Notes: generated from the letters alone by a model not told the origin. DNA of 64,000 bases from Nymphaea colorata (GCF_008831285.2 NC_045138.2:1426001-1490000), one strand, 5' to 3'; counted from the stretch's first letter, positions 1 to 15,547 are shown. Numbers and translations: made by a program.

Positions 1-1402
1 AACTATTGGATTCCTTTTCCTTTCAAAGGTTACTGTGCAGATACCTTGGAAAAAAAGAATTTTAGCTTCATGCACATCTAAAATGTATTTCTATCCGTTG
101 CTACCTTTTCTCCATAAGAAGACTAATGCAGAAATGCCACCAACAGAACGATGCTTGATCTGTATAAGGTGTTCAATGTATCTGTAACATTGTAGAAACT
201 GGTTTCCTGTTTCAAAATGCAAGTCATGTTTAGAGTACATGTTTTCCACACCCAAAAAGTGGTGATGGCTACTCTGCAACACTTGTCTTTTCCTACTCTT
301 GTAGTCTATCTTCAGTATCCAGTTCAGAACAAGCTTAAGTGGTGTAGTCGTATACCTAATCCCAGTGAGCCAACATCTTCTTGATTGACGTTATCTTTTG
401 TTGGACTTTTGTTCTGAAGTTTTCCTTATTCATCGGATGATTTTCAGTTCAACACAGTTCAATATCTAAATGTGGTTGGTACTGAAGTGAGTTTATGGGC
501 AAAATGAAACTCTTCGTTAAACCATCATTCTCACTTCTTGTTCTTTTGTTCTGTGCTTTTTTACATCCTCCCATATTTTTTTTCAGGTGAAAATATGGAA
601 TATATATATATATATATATATTTAAATATAAATGCCTATCTTGTTATTGATACTTATCAAGGTCTGTCTCAACTATGTCTTTTAGTATTTTCATTGCACG
701 ATTTTAGAGGAAGTGTTTTTTTCTTAAACTCTATAATCTATATCAACTAGAAATAAAAATACGAGGACACTGTATAATAATGTATTAGGTTTGGGCCATA
801 TTACTCTTAGTCACATAAATAAATTTTGTAAGTTTTTTACTTTTTCATATAAAGAAATGTTGTAAGTTTTTTGTCAGCGAACTAATGAAAAATAGTTTAT
901 ATTCAAATTACATGGAAATAGTTTTCTACAAATAGTCAGGTATTGTTGCTTTCTTTATATGTTGAAAAGAAAACATTCTGAAAATATCATGCCATTTTTC
1001 ATTTTTTTGCTGGATGCTGGGAAGCTAGGACCGTGGTGCTCTTATTTGCAGCTGTTTCATGTTAAAACAAGTGATATTATTGAATTGAACACCATGCAGT
1101 TGTCACATTGTAATTTCTTAATATTGTGCTTTCACAATTACTGTCACTGTTGGACCTTTGTATGCAATCTCTATTTATGCTTCATCTGCTACTTTTGAAA
1201 ACTTGATACATGTTATATCCTTTACAACGTCCAGAGAGATTGTTCCTCATCCTCATGTCATTTGCTTGTGTAATCCAAGTTTAAATGTGTTAATGCATGT
1301 GAATGATTGAGAATTCTGACTAAGAGTTTCTCAGTTTAACACCGCAATTGTCTGATGATCACACTCTTCAGTTCATTGAACTTATGTTTGCTGACCTTTC
1401 AG

Positions 1403-2155
1403 GTAATCAGGCAACTGTCAGATCAAAAGCACTTACCGAGGAGCATGCAAGAGATAGTTTTGAGAATCTTCTTTTTAGTGTCTGCCGATTTCGTGAACTT
1501 ACTGGTGTATATCCACAAAATATAACAGTAAGTTTAGCAGTCAGCTAACCTATTTTGTGACTATTGCATTTTCCTTTCCTTTGCATGAAGTCATCAAGAG
1601 GCTTGTCTGAATAGGCTAATATGCTCATGCTGGGCCCTTTATTTGGAAGAAAGGTGTATTTGAAGAAAATTTCGTATAGATAACAATGGTTTCACCTTTG
1701 TTTCTGATGAGGTCTCTCAGTTATGCTAGTGTGGTCGTCATGCTTAAGAGCAGAAAAACCTCTTAGATTTTATATCAAGTTAAAAATTCTTTTGCTTGTT
1801 TAGTTACTGTTCTGATGCAAACATTGAATTTCATCAGGTTGTGAGCTATGATTTTAAGGAGGAAAGATTTGCAGGCCTGCACCGTGCCGCAATCGGCTTT
1901 CCAGAAGCAAGGTTCTTCTACCTAGGTACTCCAGCTTCAGCTGCATCAAAAGATGGAGCCAAGAAGGGAGAAGCACTGGCAAGGGCTCAGTTTCAGCAAG
2001 ACCCATATGGTTGCTTGGGCAACTTATATAGGAAAAAGCTGAAGCGCGATCCTTTCCATCGGTCGGTTCCCTATCCTAATGGTTGTCCTGAATTGCAAGG
2101 TCTGTTTAGTTATTGTGGTCCACTTCCATACCCAGGCAAACTGCCCTGGTCTTAG
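1403..2155 (+). CDS. 3' exons of a DUF218/YdcF-like conserved plant protein (5' part lies outside the window)
   Basis: Exons 1403-1527 (ttcAG acceptor, GTAAGT donor) and 1838-2155 (catcAG acceptor, TAG stop) splice in frame: ...[55 protein letters not shown]...[17 protein letters not shown]...[22 protein letters not shown] resembles the DUF218 E-x2-S/A-x2-T/S-x-EN motif. Confidence 0.85.
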
Positions 2156-4558
2156 TAGCGAACCAATATCTCTCCTAACAAAATAATGAGATAAAAATCT
2201 CTCTCTCTCTTTGTGTGTGGTGTGTGTGTGTGTGTGTGTGTACCTGTGTGCATGCGCAGGACTTAATTAGGCCCTAACAGATTTACATGAAAAGGACTTT
2301 CTTGATGCTATCTGAAGGGGAAAATGATTGCATCGCTCTTTTGTTGTGTTTAGGAGCTGTTTGGCAACAGTGATATATTGTTACTGTCCCAAAGATCTTT
2401 TTCATAAAATGGAACAAATTTGTGAAACACTTGTTTGTGTTCTATGAATCTTTCTCTTACCATTTTTAGGGGAAGATTATTGAGATAGTAACCAAGTGTT
2501 GTTATTGTTGGCAAAGAGCCCTTTAAGAAACCCATCCCCAGGTAAACGCATTTTTAACAAGGATTATAGATCCCCTTGTTTGGAAAATGTAAAGATTACG
2601 TTTCTCCAATGCATCTTTACTCCATGAATCTGAGGTAAGGCCCTCCTCCGACTATAGGTCGATGCACTTGGGGACAATGGGCATCTTAAATTTATGGTTT
2701 GAAAATCTGGAAAAATCATGGACTTAAGTTATACCTTGTGACAGATCGGTTCCTTGGAATTGAGATCCGGGGTGATCTAATGCCCCCAGTCTTGTGCCCC
2801 CTAAAGTGCTTGCCGCCAAGTGAACATGATAAGAATAGTCCAAGTCTTTGTTGCTTATGCAGCAGGCATGATGTTCATATGATCGTTATCATGCTGAACT
2901 TCATCCAGGGCAAGAGTTTGATCTGGGCCGGTGTGCTCTGCTCTGACTTATGGGGCCAACATCCTCTAAGTTGACTTGGTGCATTCAGATTGGTTACTCG
3001 ATGAGCTAGGGCTGGGCATGGGCCGGCCTGGCCTAAGACCTATTTTGATGGTATAAATATATTGTTTATAAGAAAAAATATTAAAAAAAAAACTATATTA
3101 AAAAATTAATATTTAACATTGCCCCCCCTGCCCGGTGCCCGACCGTACCTTCAGCTTGATCAAGTGTTTCATGACAAAATTGCATTGCAGTGGGTTCTGC
3201 ACTAGTTATATTTCAGTTCGACCATGGCCACTGGACCTGACACACAGCAACGCTGCGAGTCTTTGAGCACCAACTTGACTCGGATCAACATGATTGAGTC
3301 AGGTTTGAGCATTACCAAGGTCTATTTATTCATGATCACTGTGAATTTTGGATGGAACAATTCAACTAGCCTAATATCCCATGTTTGCTTGTATTCAGAT
3401 TCTTCAGAGCCAGAATTTTTTTTTTCCATAAAACAATATTATGGTTAACAAATTTTCAATTGACTTTCTGGTAGTGACCTGATTCTCATGGGGTTGCCTC
3501 ATATAATTGAATTCAAGTTTACCTAAGTTTCACCACTGAATTAAAATTTCAAAGAGACTTCGTAGGGCGTATGCCTCATGGAGACCACACCTATCTTCAC
3601 CCCTGCTATTAGGAGCTAGGATTAGAAAGCACAAACCTATAATTACCAATTCATTTAATCTAGAAGCAATCATAGTTACAAAGGCATGGTTGATTACATG
3701 TCCTAGCAGCGGTTTCTCTAATCAGAACAATGAGGAGCGATTAATTGAATTGAATAGTTAGTCATACTGAATATGGGTTCTTAATGCATGTCATAATCAC
3801 ATAAATTATGGATCAAATTTTGATTAGAAACCCAAAAGGCTTTAAGCATGTTATGTTTTCTCTATGGCTTAAGTGAGAGATACCCAAAGAAGTCAAAACC
3901 CCTCCCTCTTTTTCCTTATTTTTGGGTAATCTAATAGACTAGAGTGTTGTCCATCAACCGGTTCATTGAACTGATGGCTAGACTTTCACTGACCCGGTCA
4001 ATTCTAGCTGAAGCTTTTTTTCATTACTTATCTTCTCCATATCAGATTTAAAACAAGTGCTTAAAATTTTGAAATTGAAGTTAATAAAATCAGTCAGGTT
4101 GCTGATTTGGTGAATCCGCTGAGTTTGCTGTGAGTAAAAGAAAGATATATAAAAACAAAAAAACTTTATAAATATTTAAAGTTAATAAAAAATGAATCAT
4201 GTCCCCCTTTATCGGCTCCAATCGAATCGTTTTACAAAATCTGCAGATGCAGGAGAATGTTTAGACCACTGACTTCAGGTAGTTGCCTAGCTAGTTTTAG
4301 ATTGAAGTTGGATACCCAGCGAGACCAAATCCAGTTTAACCAAATTGGTAGCGTAGCTGAATCTGGTTCTAACCCTGATTCTGGAAATATTGGATCTGGA
4401 TCAGATCCGTTGTCTTGTCTTCAAAGCCTGCCAATGAACAGTCATGGAGGTCAGGGTTTTTGTCTCTGAGATTGTAGTTTCCGTTAGTTGAAAACCCCAA
4501 AGCCCTATACGCCGGACTCCATTTTTTGGGAAGCCTATTGATCTCTTCTGAGCAAAGT

Positions 4559-4591
<33 letters not shown>

Positions 4592-4592
<1 letters not shown>

Positions 4593-7500
4593 TGTGGTTT
4601 CTGTGTGTGTTCTACCACCGGCTGCTGGACTACAGGAGGCCGGAGGTGGAGTCTCTGGCGGAGCTCTTCGGAGCTTTCGGCGACGACTCGGCAGCTATCA
4701 CCAACAGGTCGCTGCAGTGGGAGTTGCCGGAGAACCACCATCCGGACTCTCCCTTCCACTTCGTCTCCCTTCCATCTGAGGAAATAGCGGCTAATATTGC
4801 TAGGAGAAGTAAGTTTCTTTACCTCTTTGCTCTTGTTTTTTTCCAAGAATAATTTGTTGGTATCTTCATTTCGTGTTCTTCAACCACGCCCACTTCTTGA
4901 AATTCGGTGGTTCTTTCGTTTTTGCCTTTCTGGTTTGCTGTCTCCGCATTTTCTTCTTCCTGGTCGGGATGGTTGTGCGGGCTTCTTGTACTTGATAGTA
5001 GTTTGTGAGCATTGGTCATTTTATCGTATGCTTATGTTGAGCCGTTTAATCATTCATTTTGTATTCATAGTGTGTCTGTGTGACTCAATTAGCTAAATCG
5101 TGTTATTGCTGCCCCTCACTTCAGGATGTAGCACGGAAGGGGAATATTTAGTGCACGACCTATATCACATGGACGCGTATAAATGGAGTACATTATCGCT
5201 AGCACATGTAGATAACATGAATATAAGTTGAACTATCCTGCGACATGACTTCCAACTTACCATTTTTCCCTTTCTCTAAGATAAATGGGAAATTTGTTAA
5301 ACACAAAAGCCGATGACAGGATATTATCAGCATTATATAGAAGGCACTAAGTGCTCATGAAGGCAGTGGATGGCACAGTCAGCATCAATCCGTATAATTT
5401 GCTATAGCATAATGTATATCGACCTACTAATTCGCTTCACTCATGTTGCCTTGGATTCCCAAACTTGTGCCTTTTTCGTTTTGATGATAGGATAACTGAT
5501 AGCCACAATTATAACTTATAAGTTCAAGATATCCCAACTAGAAACTTTCGAAGAGTGTCCTAACTCCTAACTCCTAACTGGTTTGATCTCCCATGATGCA
5601 CCAGCTTTGTTCATTTATTTTCCGGGTATAGATTCGCTCTCTATGTTTTGCATTTTGTGTTCACCTGATATGAAATATAAAAGAAACAGTAATATGGTCT
5701 TTAAGCTCCCATTCAGTTCCTCTTTATATCTATGTCACATGGGTGTGGGTACGGTATGAGTTCAGGTACGACAGTACGGGTTCAGACACGGCAATTTTGA
5801 AAATTGTGGGTACATGTGTACGACAAATTTTATATTCTCAAAATTGATAAAATGAAAAAAAGCATTAATAGTTCACACTTATAATCTCATAAGAAAGTCC
5901 CAAACAAAACACAAACAAAATATTGTTTATCATAAGAAAAAGGGGAGGAAAATATATAATCTTAGTGGAAGGGAAATATAAAAGAAGGGAAAAATCAAAA
6001 TTAGAGAAAAATTAAGTTTGAAAATATAATTTTAAATGTTTTAAAATGCAGCCGTACCCAAGTACTGACATAGGTACCTGGGCAAATTGCACGTATCATG
6101 TCACATAGCTTTATCTCCTTTCTTATAAAAAACATGTTCCTCATATGGGTGCCTTAGATTAAGCCTCTCATTCTTTATCTTATTAATTTTTTGGTTTTGT
6201 TTGCTATTCTAAATAACTTGTCGTGCTACTTTTTCATGCTTGATTTAGATTGCTGTTTTCCGTTTCTGTTATTTCCTAAATACTTGATTTAAGCCACCGG
6301 TTTCTTTTTTTGGTTGTTTTATTTATAACTCTTTTTTTTTTGTTATTTGTAATTTGCAGGTCTTCTGGTAAAGGGCATATATGAACTTTGGGGGCAGGGG
6401 ATTAACTATGAAGAATTAGAAGCAAAGATAAAAGAGTTTCCAGATGAGAGGAAATCACCGTACTTGGCAGAAGATAGCACATTCAAGATAACCGTGGATA
6501 GTTTTGGAAAGGTTCTCAGCTTAAAAGAGCAAAATGAAAGAATACACATGCTTGAGTACATTCCTTTCAAGGTTGGTGAGTTTGTCTACCGGTTTTTTCC
6601 AATAAACTAATTCAACAAAGTTTAAGCATAGAATTATCTTGGACGGATGTAGGGCCTGTGGTTAATTCCATTTTGCCCAACGTTTCATTTCAGTTGGTGG
6701 AACATTTAGCCACAATCTCACGTCTTGTTTGGGCATAGCCTGCTTCCTGTGTTTGGTCAGTGGAGCCATTCTACACTGCTAAGCAGGAAATTGGTGCGAG
6801 TTAACTGCTTTCCTCTTTTTTACTGTTTTCTAGGATATTGTATTCTTTAGTGTTCAGAAGATCCCTTTCTTGGAGACTTCTCATTTGTATTTTTTTTGTT
6901 GTGTGGAAATTTATAAAAATTCAAGGATGTGTTTGGGTGATTATCTGCCTTGTGTGACTCTAGTCCTTATTCATTGTTCATTCTTTTGCAACTTCCATGG
7001 CGTAAAATACTAATTTCTCATGATTTGAAAAGATGAGTTGATTCATAGTGAAAAGATAACCTCATTTGCATACTTTATAATGTGTTTGTGACGACACTTA
7101 AATGTAGGGCCTTGCAGCTTGCTTGATATTTTTGTAATTTGTTTTAGTTTTTTTTTTTTTTTTTCGAAGACAAAACTTGAAGACATCACCAATAAGAAAC
7201 GCATAAATTTTTAAATGAAAATCCTGTGAGATGTGTTATGATATTTCCATTAGGATGAAATTTTTTTAGAAAGGTGGATACTTTGACTTTCCTATAAAAA
7301 ATGATTTGTATCAATTTCCATTGAATAAACTTATAAATGTACAAATGTTACCTCATCTAAGCACTTAAAAAAAGTCATGTATATTATGTTGCAGTGGGAT
7401 CCATAGTGGAACTTGATGTAGAAAACTGGGTTGATAGATTATTCTGTTCATGATACAATAGCATTATCGAGCAGGTTTTGGATCAAGTAGTTTGAATGGT

Positions 7501-10500
7501 ATGGGGAAAGTAGAAACTTTGTGGAGCTTTAAGTGAAATTGATAATTTGGACACACATTTAGATAAGATCATAAGACATGCCATAACTATCATGCTCAAT
7601 TTGAATCTCAATTCAAGTCGTCACGAGAGCATGCCATGAGATTTGCTTTCTCATTTTTTAGGTTTTCATTTAATTCTGCATTTTTGTGGACATTTACCCA
7701 GAATCCATGAGCTGCACGTGAACTTAAGGGGCTGCTGTCTTTTTAATGAGCAGCACTTCTTGTTGTGTTCTTTTATTATCAAATTTGGTTTTGTCAATGT
7801 GCATGGGAGCAGTGAAGTTCTATTTCCAGTTTTGATATCTCACCAGAAAGTAGACAATGGATGAAATGCCACATCCTTTCTGTTACGTGGCACATAAGTT
7901 GCTGCCCTGTCTTTTTGGTAGAAGTTACTTAGCACTAGGCATTGCTTCAGATAATCAGATGGTATCCTATTGTTATTTGCAACTAAATTCATAGTTTCTG
8001 ACTTGCTGGTGCTTTCTCTGTTCTTCTTGCCCATTTTTTAGTTCTTCATGTGGCATGTTGCCTTTAACATGTACAACTATCGCAGGGCCGTGTTAATCTT
8101 CGAAAACCTGATCACAAGTTTTGGCTTATGGAAACTGATGAATATGATTTAAACAATGGTCTTCCCCCAGTAGCTCAAAGGACAATATTCTTTGGCCGTG
8201 AGGTTGGAGCAGCTGATAGGAAGCTTTTACCGACCTATCAGCTAAAAAGCCGTACTTATATAGGACCAACAGCAATGGATGCAGAAATAGCTTTTCTTAT
8301 GGCTAACCAGGCACTAGCCAGGTCAGGGAAGCTTGTATATGACCCTTTTGTTGGTACAGGAAGCATTCTAATTGCAGCTGCGCACTTTGGAGCCATGACA
8401 ATGGTGATTACTAATTTAATGTTACTATGCCACTGTATAGGTTATTTCCGTATAGTTTGAATCTATCAAATGTTTGACAATGTTAAAGTTTGTAATTTGG
8501 CGCTGGGCTCCCCTTGGCTGGCTATGGTTTTACTTGTTCAGGGTGCAGATATTGATATAAGGGTAGTTCGTGATGGGCGTGGTCCTGATTGCAATGTCTG
8601 GAGTAATTTTAAGCAGGTAATACATTCTTCTACGGCAGTAGTTTTGGGACCTCTGCATGGTTGATGTTGCAGTTCTCATTTATTAATATCTGAAGGTACA
8701 AGGTATAAACCTTCTCTGTTTTCCTGTAAATTGGGCTTCTGGTTTGCTCTGTTATGCTACATAGGTTACTGAAAGTGGTGGTGTATGGCTTGCTAGCTTC
8801 ATCTAGATTATATAGCTCGCTATTGCTGTCAATCTTTTAGTCCACTTGTGTGAACGGCTCAATCTTGTGGGGAATTTGGATGGGAATGGTCATTATATCC
8901 TTAATGTTGCCAAATATTACGTATAAAAGGACTACAAGTCTACATCAGTCTACAATAACTGAGTCCATGGAGTTCTCCTCAAGGTATTCAAGTGGCTCGA
9001 ATTTCATGGAGAATTTGGATGAGAATGGTCATTATATCCTTAATTTTGCCAAATTAACATATAATTAATCTGTATCCATCATAACTAACTCCATGGAGTT
9101 CTCGTTAAGGTATGCAGGAAAGATAACATGCTGTTGATATGATACTAAAGTTCGTCTGTGGCTGTATATGGAAAAACTATAAATTCTTTATGAAATAGTC
9201 ATAGCAGATGGTAAAATCTAATTGTTATGGCTATTCATGTCATATTATGTGTAATAAATTATAAGTTTATAACCGAGATATGACATTTCTATGGTTTTGC
9301 AGAGGATGGCATTTCCTCGTACAAGTCATGGTTGTGGATATTATTAAGTCAGACCCTGCAGCATGTTACATGTTTTCAATTCAATTTTTTGAAGATGAAA
9401 TATTTACAATGAAAGTTTGTTGCATTGTGCACCATGTGGAATCTTATCTGCTTATTTTGGTCTAATACAAAGCTTTTCGCGGATCATGAAATATAGGTGC
9501 AAATATTGGAAAACTAATTGGTTTGCTAGACAATATAGTGCCTGAGAGAGGCCCAAGTAGTTGGTAATTTTTTGAACGGCAAACAAGTCCGTGATCCTTG
9601 ATGCATGAAGTCTTGTGTTTTCTTAATAAAATTGTAAGGAAGTAGTTAAAATTTTTAGACTTGAATGTTAAAGGTTGTTAAATGATTTAAGTCCATAAGA
9701 ACCACTTAAACAACACAATTTTATTTCCCTCTAAAATGGCATGGTGTTTTGATCCAGTATTTGTCACCTCTACTGTGCACACACACATACACATACTTTC
9801 TTCTCAGTTTATCATAAATTTTCTTGTCCATTGCAGTATGGTTTACCTATGCCTATTTCGCTTCTAAGAGCAGATAACAACCTTCCACCTTGGCGTCCAG
9901 GACTTGAAGAGGTATGGGTTCTTGTCCTTCAAATGACAGGCTTGTTGGCTATAATGTCACATTATGAAGCCATGAAGTATTCCCCATATTTTGAGTATTT
10001 TCTACTGCATGCTTCATGAGTTATTTCTGATTTTCTTACATCTTTAGATGTCTAGACTCTATGTGAGTTTACTAATGTTTCATCATTTGTATCTGCATGT
10101 GAAGATGAGAGAGAATCTTTACTCAAGCAGTGAGTAGCATGCTCATTCTCCATCCATGAGCTCAAATTTTTATGGATTCATATGATGTTACATTGATGTG
10201 ATTAAAGCCTTGTTCTGATCAACTGGGTGGTTGATCTGGTTAAACTTTGATAATTACCTAAGCAACTGCAGTTATGTCCCTTATCAACCTTGCCTTCGAA
10301 ACCCCTCCACACATTGAGGTCCTTGATCCTGTTACCTAGATCCTCCTACCTTTTATCTATTTTCTGGTACATTAGTTAGTTAGCCATACATCATTTCATA
10401 GCTGGGAATATGTGTTTCCATCTGTGAAAGGTGCAGCTGTAAACATGCCTCTCAACCGTCTTACTGTGGTTTGGTCACGTATTTGGTATATGAATTACAG

Positions 10501-11159
10501 AATGTGGAGCATATTCATCTTAGGATTTCATATTTCTTTGGTAGTGTCAAACAACTAGCAAAAATTTTCCTCCATTCTCTATCATTTAATGTCCATCTAC
10601 CATTTTTAAGCAGGTATTTGATGCAATAATATGTGATCCTCCGTATGGTGTTCGTGCTGGGGGGCGAAAGTCCGGTGGACGGAAATTGTTGAAGGGTGCT
10701 GTGGAGCCATACACGGTACCTGACGATAAGAGAACTGATCATATACCGTCAACAGCGCCATACAGTTTAGCTGAGTGTGTGCATGATTTGCTTGACCTAG
10801 CTGCTCAGAAGCTTGTGATGGGGGGCAGGCTTGTCTTTTTTTATCCAGTGGTAAGAGAAGAAGGTTTGACTGAAGGGCAGTTCCCTACTCATGAATGTTT
10901 GACCATGATTGCTTCTTGTGAACAAATACTTAGCTACAGGTACAGCAGGTATTTGCTAACTATGGTTAAAACTACAAGATATACCGATGAGTTTGCAGAA
11001 TTGGCCAGGAAGAAACACTTGCAATTCAAGGAAAACCACGCTAAGTGGTTGGAAGAAAGTACTCTTCATTCAGCTGTTTTCAGCCCAGTTGATTCAGGAA
11101 CAAATGGGAAGGGAATAGACAGGGACTTGAAACCAAAATACCGGGGGAAGTACGTCTAG
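4592..11159 (+). CDS. TRM11: tRNA (guanine(10)-N2)-methyltransferase TRM11/TRMT11 homolog, 6 exons
   Basis: Exons 4592-4808, 6360-6571, 8086-8403, 8542-8616, 9837-9911 and 10614-11159, all GT-AG and phase-compatible. Motifs: MWFLCVFYHRLLDYRRPEVESLA; RTYIGPTAMDAEIAFLMANQA; SAM-binding VYDPFVGTGSIL; GADID; amino-MTase FDAIICDPPYGVRAG. Confidence 0.95.
5730..6108. mobile_element. hAT-type MITE in TRM11 intron 1
   Basis: TIRs CTATGTCACATG / CATGTCACATAG (1 mismatch); 8-bp flanks CTTTATAT / CTTTATCT. Related ends occur near 38195, 45588 (reverse) and 55091. Confidence 0.75.
8871..9113. repeat. Diverged direct duplication (~110 bp) in TRM11 intron 4
   Basis: GAATTTGGATGRGAATGGTCATTATATCCTTAAT...TCCATGGAGTTCTC..AAGGTAT occurs at ~8871-8987 and ~9010-9113. 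Confidence 0.8.
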
Positions 11160-11491
11160 TGAGATGGACTGGTGTTTTGAAGTGTTTCAGTGATAAATTG
11201 CAACTGTTCCACGGTTGCTCCTTCAGCAAGAGTTCAAATGGCCTTGCAGCTAAGAAATTATGTCAGAAGGCATCAGAAGATGCATTCAAGGGTTGATTAC
11301 CAGTTATTGCATGACAGTTACATTGTTACCTGTATCACATTCTTCTCAGGAGTATAATTTTTGGCTTAGTTGGCATCAGGAAATGTTGGCAGTTCTTGGA
11401 TTTACTGTATCAATTTTCAAACAAATTTCAGAACAATGAACTTCTGGAATCCCTCTTTCACATGGATTGCTTGTATCAAGGGAGAGGCTTC

Positions 11492-11541
<50 letters not shown>

Positions 11542-11947
11542 CCAGCTGTGGATTTGAGCTCTGGCTAGAACCTGCTGCTCGATGAACGTGCACAAGCTAT
11601 GGTATTCTCAGGAGCTTCTGCTACTGGTCTTATGCTTTTCTTGGGGGTCTAAAAGGGTCCTTATTTGAAGTCTTAAATTCTAATAAAATCTACATAGAAG
11701 CACATAACTTAATGTTTTGGTCTCACAACCCTAATCACAAAAAACTTCGTCAGACGAAATCATGAATTATGACTTTCTTCAAAAAATCATTTTTGACATG
11801 ATAAAACATAAATAAAAACAAAGCCTGCACACTTTTGGAATGCTAAGTGCATGCATAGCATTCCAAATAGCTTTTTTCGCACAAAATATTAAGACGTATC
11901 TGGAAAAATTGAAAGTGTAACCAGAATGCATATATTTGTCTACATAG

Positions 11948-12010
<63 letters not shown>

Positions 12011-12660
12011 CTTGAACTATTAATTTACTTGATCGTAGGTTACCAATTAGGTTTACGACAAAATCTAGAAATTCCATCATCAAAGTACTTGTACAGGATA
12101 AATCTCAACAAAGAGCTAGGATAATAGCAGCAGGTGACTGAATTTTGCAGCTCTTTGCATAAAATTATTGACTTTAGAAATATGGTAATATGTAGAAGAA
12201 AAAATTATTCCAAGCACCCTTTGTTTTAAAGAGAAGAGGATGGGTTATTTATTTACAGGCAGAAGCAAATTGAAAGCTAAATAGTGATAGTTCTTAAGAT
12301 TCTTCAAAAATAATTAGTGTTCATAAACATATTAGAAGGTTCACATTTTGTTTAAAATACTTGTTAAGACGAATTTTAACAACTCTAATTTTTATCCCTT
12401 ACCTAAGTGGTGTAGTATCTACCAAATACACACACATACACACAATGGTGACTATTTATCCAGAGTTAGTTCACTTATGAAGGCCACTTAATCTTTTGTG
12501 ATAGGCCCTTGAAAGCAAAAACAAGAAGAAAAAAGTGAGGGGTCATTGTTGTCATTTAGTATTAGCTACATTTTTTGTCATTTTTTTCTCAACCATCCAC
12601 CATGATGATTAGACAGTTTAACTAAGTTGGATGACTTCATATATATATATATATATATAT

Positions 12661-12832
<172 letters not shown>

Positions 12833-14579
12833 GGTACAATTTTTGCCAGCAGTTAAAGTAACACAACCAAAAGACTTGTGGGTCAAAGCATTGTACAACA
12901 AACTCAGGTTCCAAACTCAGGTGGTATGTCAGAAGAACAGATCTTGGTATGTACTTTGCATGCAACACAAGGAGACGCCTGCTTGCCTTGCAATGCAGAT
13001 GTGCTTCAATCACAAGCAATTCAACAAAAAGAAAGAAGAGGGAAAGAAAAAAACAAGTGGATTGGCAGTCTATGCTTTCTTTTTCTTTTATCTTGTTTGA
13101 CTGCTTGCCCCCCAAACTTTCTTTAGCCAAATTTAAGCTTTTTGAGGGTTCAAGTTAAAATGGCCAACAGTATGAAATTACTTTACAATTTTTTTTTTCT
13201 TTTTTTGGAGATTTTGGTGAGAATGATGTAGACAAGCAACTAAGTCGGATTTCGAACAGCTAAATGCATTGGAGGCCCGGATCCAATTGCAGCAAAAAAT
13301 GACAAAACCCTCATACCAGATTTGATTCGTTTGTGTCTCACTATCATCACATGAATCTTGACAAGTGGCACGAGTTTTTCATGGTAGGTCGGCTCTCTAC
13401 ACCGTCATTTGAACGTAATTATTATGGGTAGGGCCGGACATCGGGCTGAGCCAGGTTGGTCCGGCTTGATTCCAAAGTCAGGCTTGGGTCGGCCCGAGGC
13501 CTTTTTTATGGTGTAGGCTAGGCCAGGTACCCAAATTTGGTACCTGATCCGATGTCCACTCTTAGTTGTACGTTCAAAATGAAAATTGAGGTGTGAATAA
13601 ATATTTTGTTGAGAACCCCTAAACATATACGTAAAATTTGTCCTTAGTAATTCTTAGTAGAAGTCAAACCTTCTTCTTATAGCTTAAGAAATCCAATCTT
13701 TTAAGGGGAGATTGATAGCTACGTGAATAGTTTTCAGGTCTACAATTTTTGTTAAATGTTTTTTTTTTTACCACACGCAAATTCTTATCTCCCTCTCTTC
13801 TCTTATATATATATATAAAGAGAGAGAGAGAAAAAAAAAAAATTGAATGGTGACTCGAGCATTTTTAGAGTCACCCAACCATTTAATTTGCACCATCTTA
13901 TCTAATGAAATAGATGATTAAGAGAAAAATAAAGAAAAAAAAGAAGATGAAAATTTTTGTTATCTAATATTAGTTTACACATTTTTGTCATTTTTCTTTC
14001 AACTATCCATTTGCTTTAAATGGACGGCCCTGGTTAAATGGTTGAGTGACTCAAAGTCATCTTCAATCACTCCTGACTCAGTTATGGAGCTACACCAGCT
14101 CACAAAATTTACTTTTTTTTTATATATATATATACAAAAGATTCATTAATTTTTAGTATTTTTACATGCAAGCACCCTTTCAAGTTTTGAAATTTGAACT
14201 TAAAATGTCCTTTACTAAAAATTTCTGGCTCTGCCACTTGTTACACATAAATATCTGGTCTTCTTATAATCAGATCTGGATTTAGTTTTTAAACTTGGGA
14301 ACTAAACTTGAGTCTGAATTCCCACTTAATTATCCAAATTATGATTAAGATCAATTTTTCGAGAGGCTGGATCTGAACCATTTACCTCGTTTCGGGTTGA
14401 GTTAGAAAACCAGTATGACCTTTTTTTGGTTCTTCACGCTTCAGTTTTTAAAACGATGGTTTTTTCTTTTGTGTCCTCTAACCAAAATGATCGAGACATG
14501 AACAACAGTTTCTTTGAGTTGAATTAAAGCATGAGTTCTTCCAATCTTAATAACTCCACTTCTTGCTTTTATCTCTCTG

Positions 14580-14691
<112 letters not shown>

Positions 14692-15310
14692 GTAGTGAGG
14701 ATCAATATTATTTTATGCATATAAGGATACTAAATCTTAACTTTTCAGTTTTTTTTTTCTCTTCCTTCATTAGAGATGATTTATTAAATGATGGAAGAAA
14801 AAGATAGACAAATACAAATGCACTCACAACGGGCCAAAATTGGTAGTTGGTAAAATAAAATTTAAAAAGCGTGAAGACTAAGTAAAAATAACGAGCATGT
14901 AAACTAATTAGAAGTGATTTGTTTAATAGTTTATATTTCAATAGTTTATAAAGTGCAATAATTATGAATAACAACGAATACTTTTGATTTGGAAAAATAC
15001 TTTTACATGTGAGATTTTATGAGAAAAGTTTCGATTCGGATATGGAGCGAAATCTGAAATGTGGACCAACTTTTTTGTTGTTTTCCACAATCGTAATTTG
15101 AATTTCAGATCAACCACCGGATGGGGAGAACTCGAGGAAGCCTTCGAATGGTTTGGATCTTCTCGTTGGTGACGGGAACGGAACCGAAATCAAGGGTGTA
15201 AAAGAGAATCAAATGCCCAAGCAGAGTCCCCTTCTTGTTATACCAGTTTTCTTTGAGGGCATTTATGTCTAAAAATAATTTGCGCGTCACTCAGACCTCG
15301 AGAACCCATG

Positions 15311-15547
15311 TAGACCTGGGCATCGGGCTGGCCTGGGTCGACGTGATGCCCCAAAACCCCAGCTCGGCCTGACTTGACTTGATTAAAATAAAAAAATATT
15401 TTTTAAATATAAAATATTTTTTAAAATATAAAATATATTATATTATTATTAAATTAAAAATAATAAAAACTTTTTATTCATGCCGATGTTTTTTTAAGGT
15501 GAATACAAAGTACCCGTCCAGTACCCGGGCCCGTTGCCTAGGCTTTA
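15311..15547. mobile_element. hAT-like MITE (TAGGGCTGGGCA-type ends)
   Basis: Ends TAGACCTGGGCA / TGCCTAGGCTTTA; flanks AACCCATG / GGCCCATG; GC-rich subtermini around an AT-rich core. Related copies at ~3007-3147 and ~13429-13564. Confidence 0.55.
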
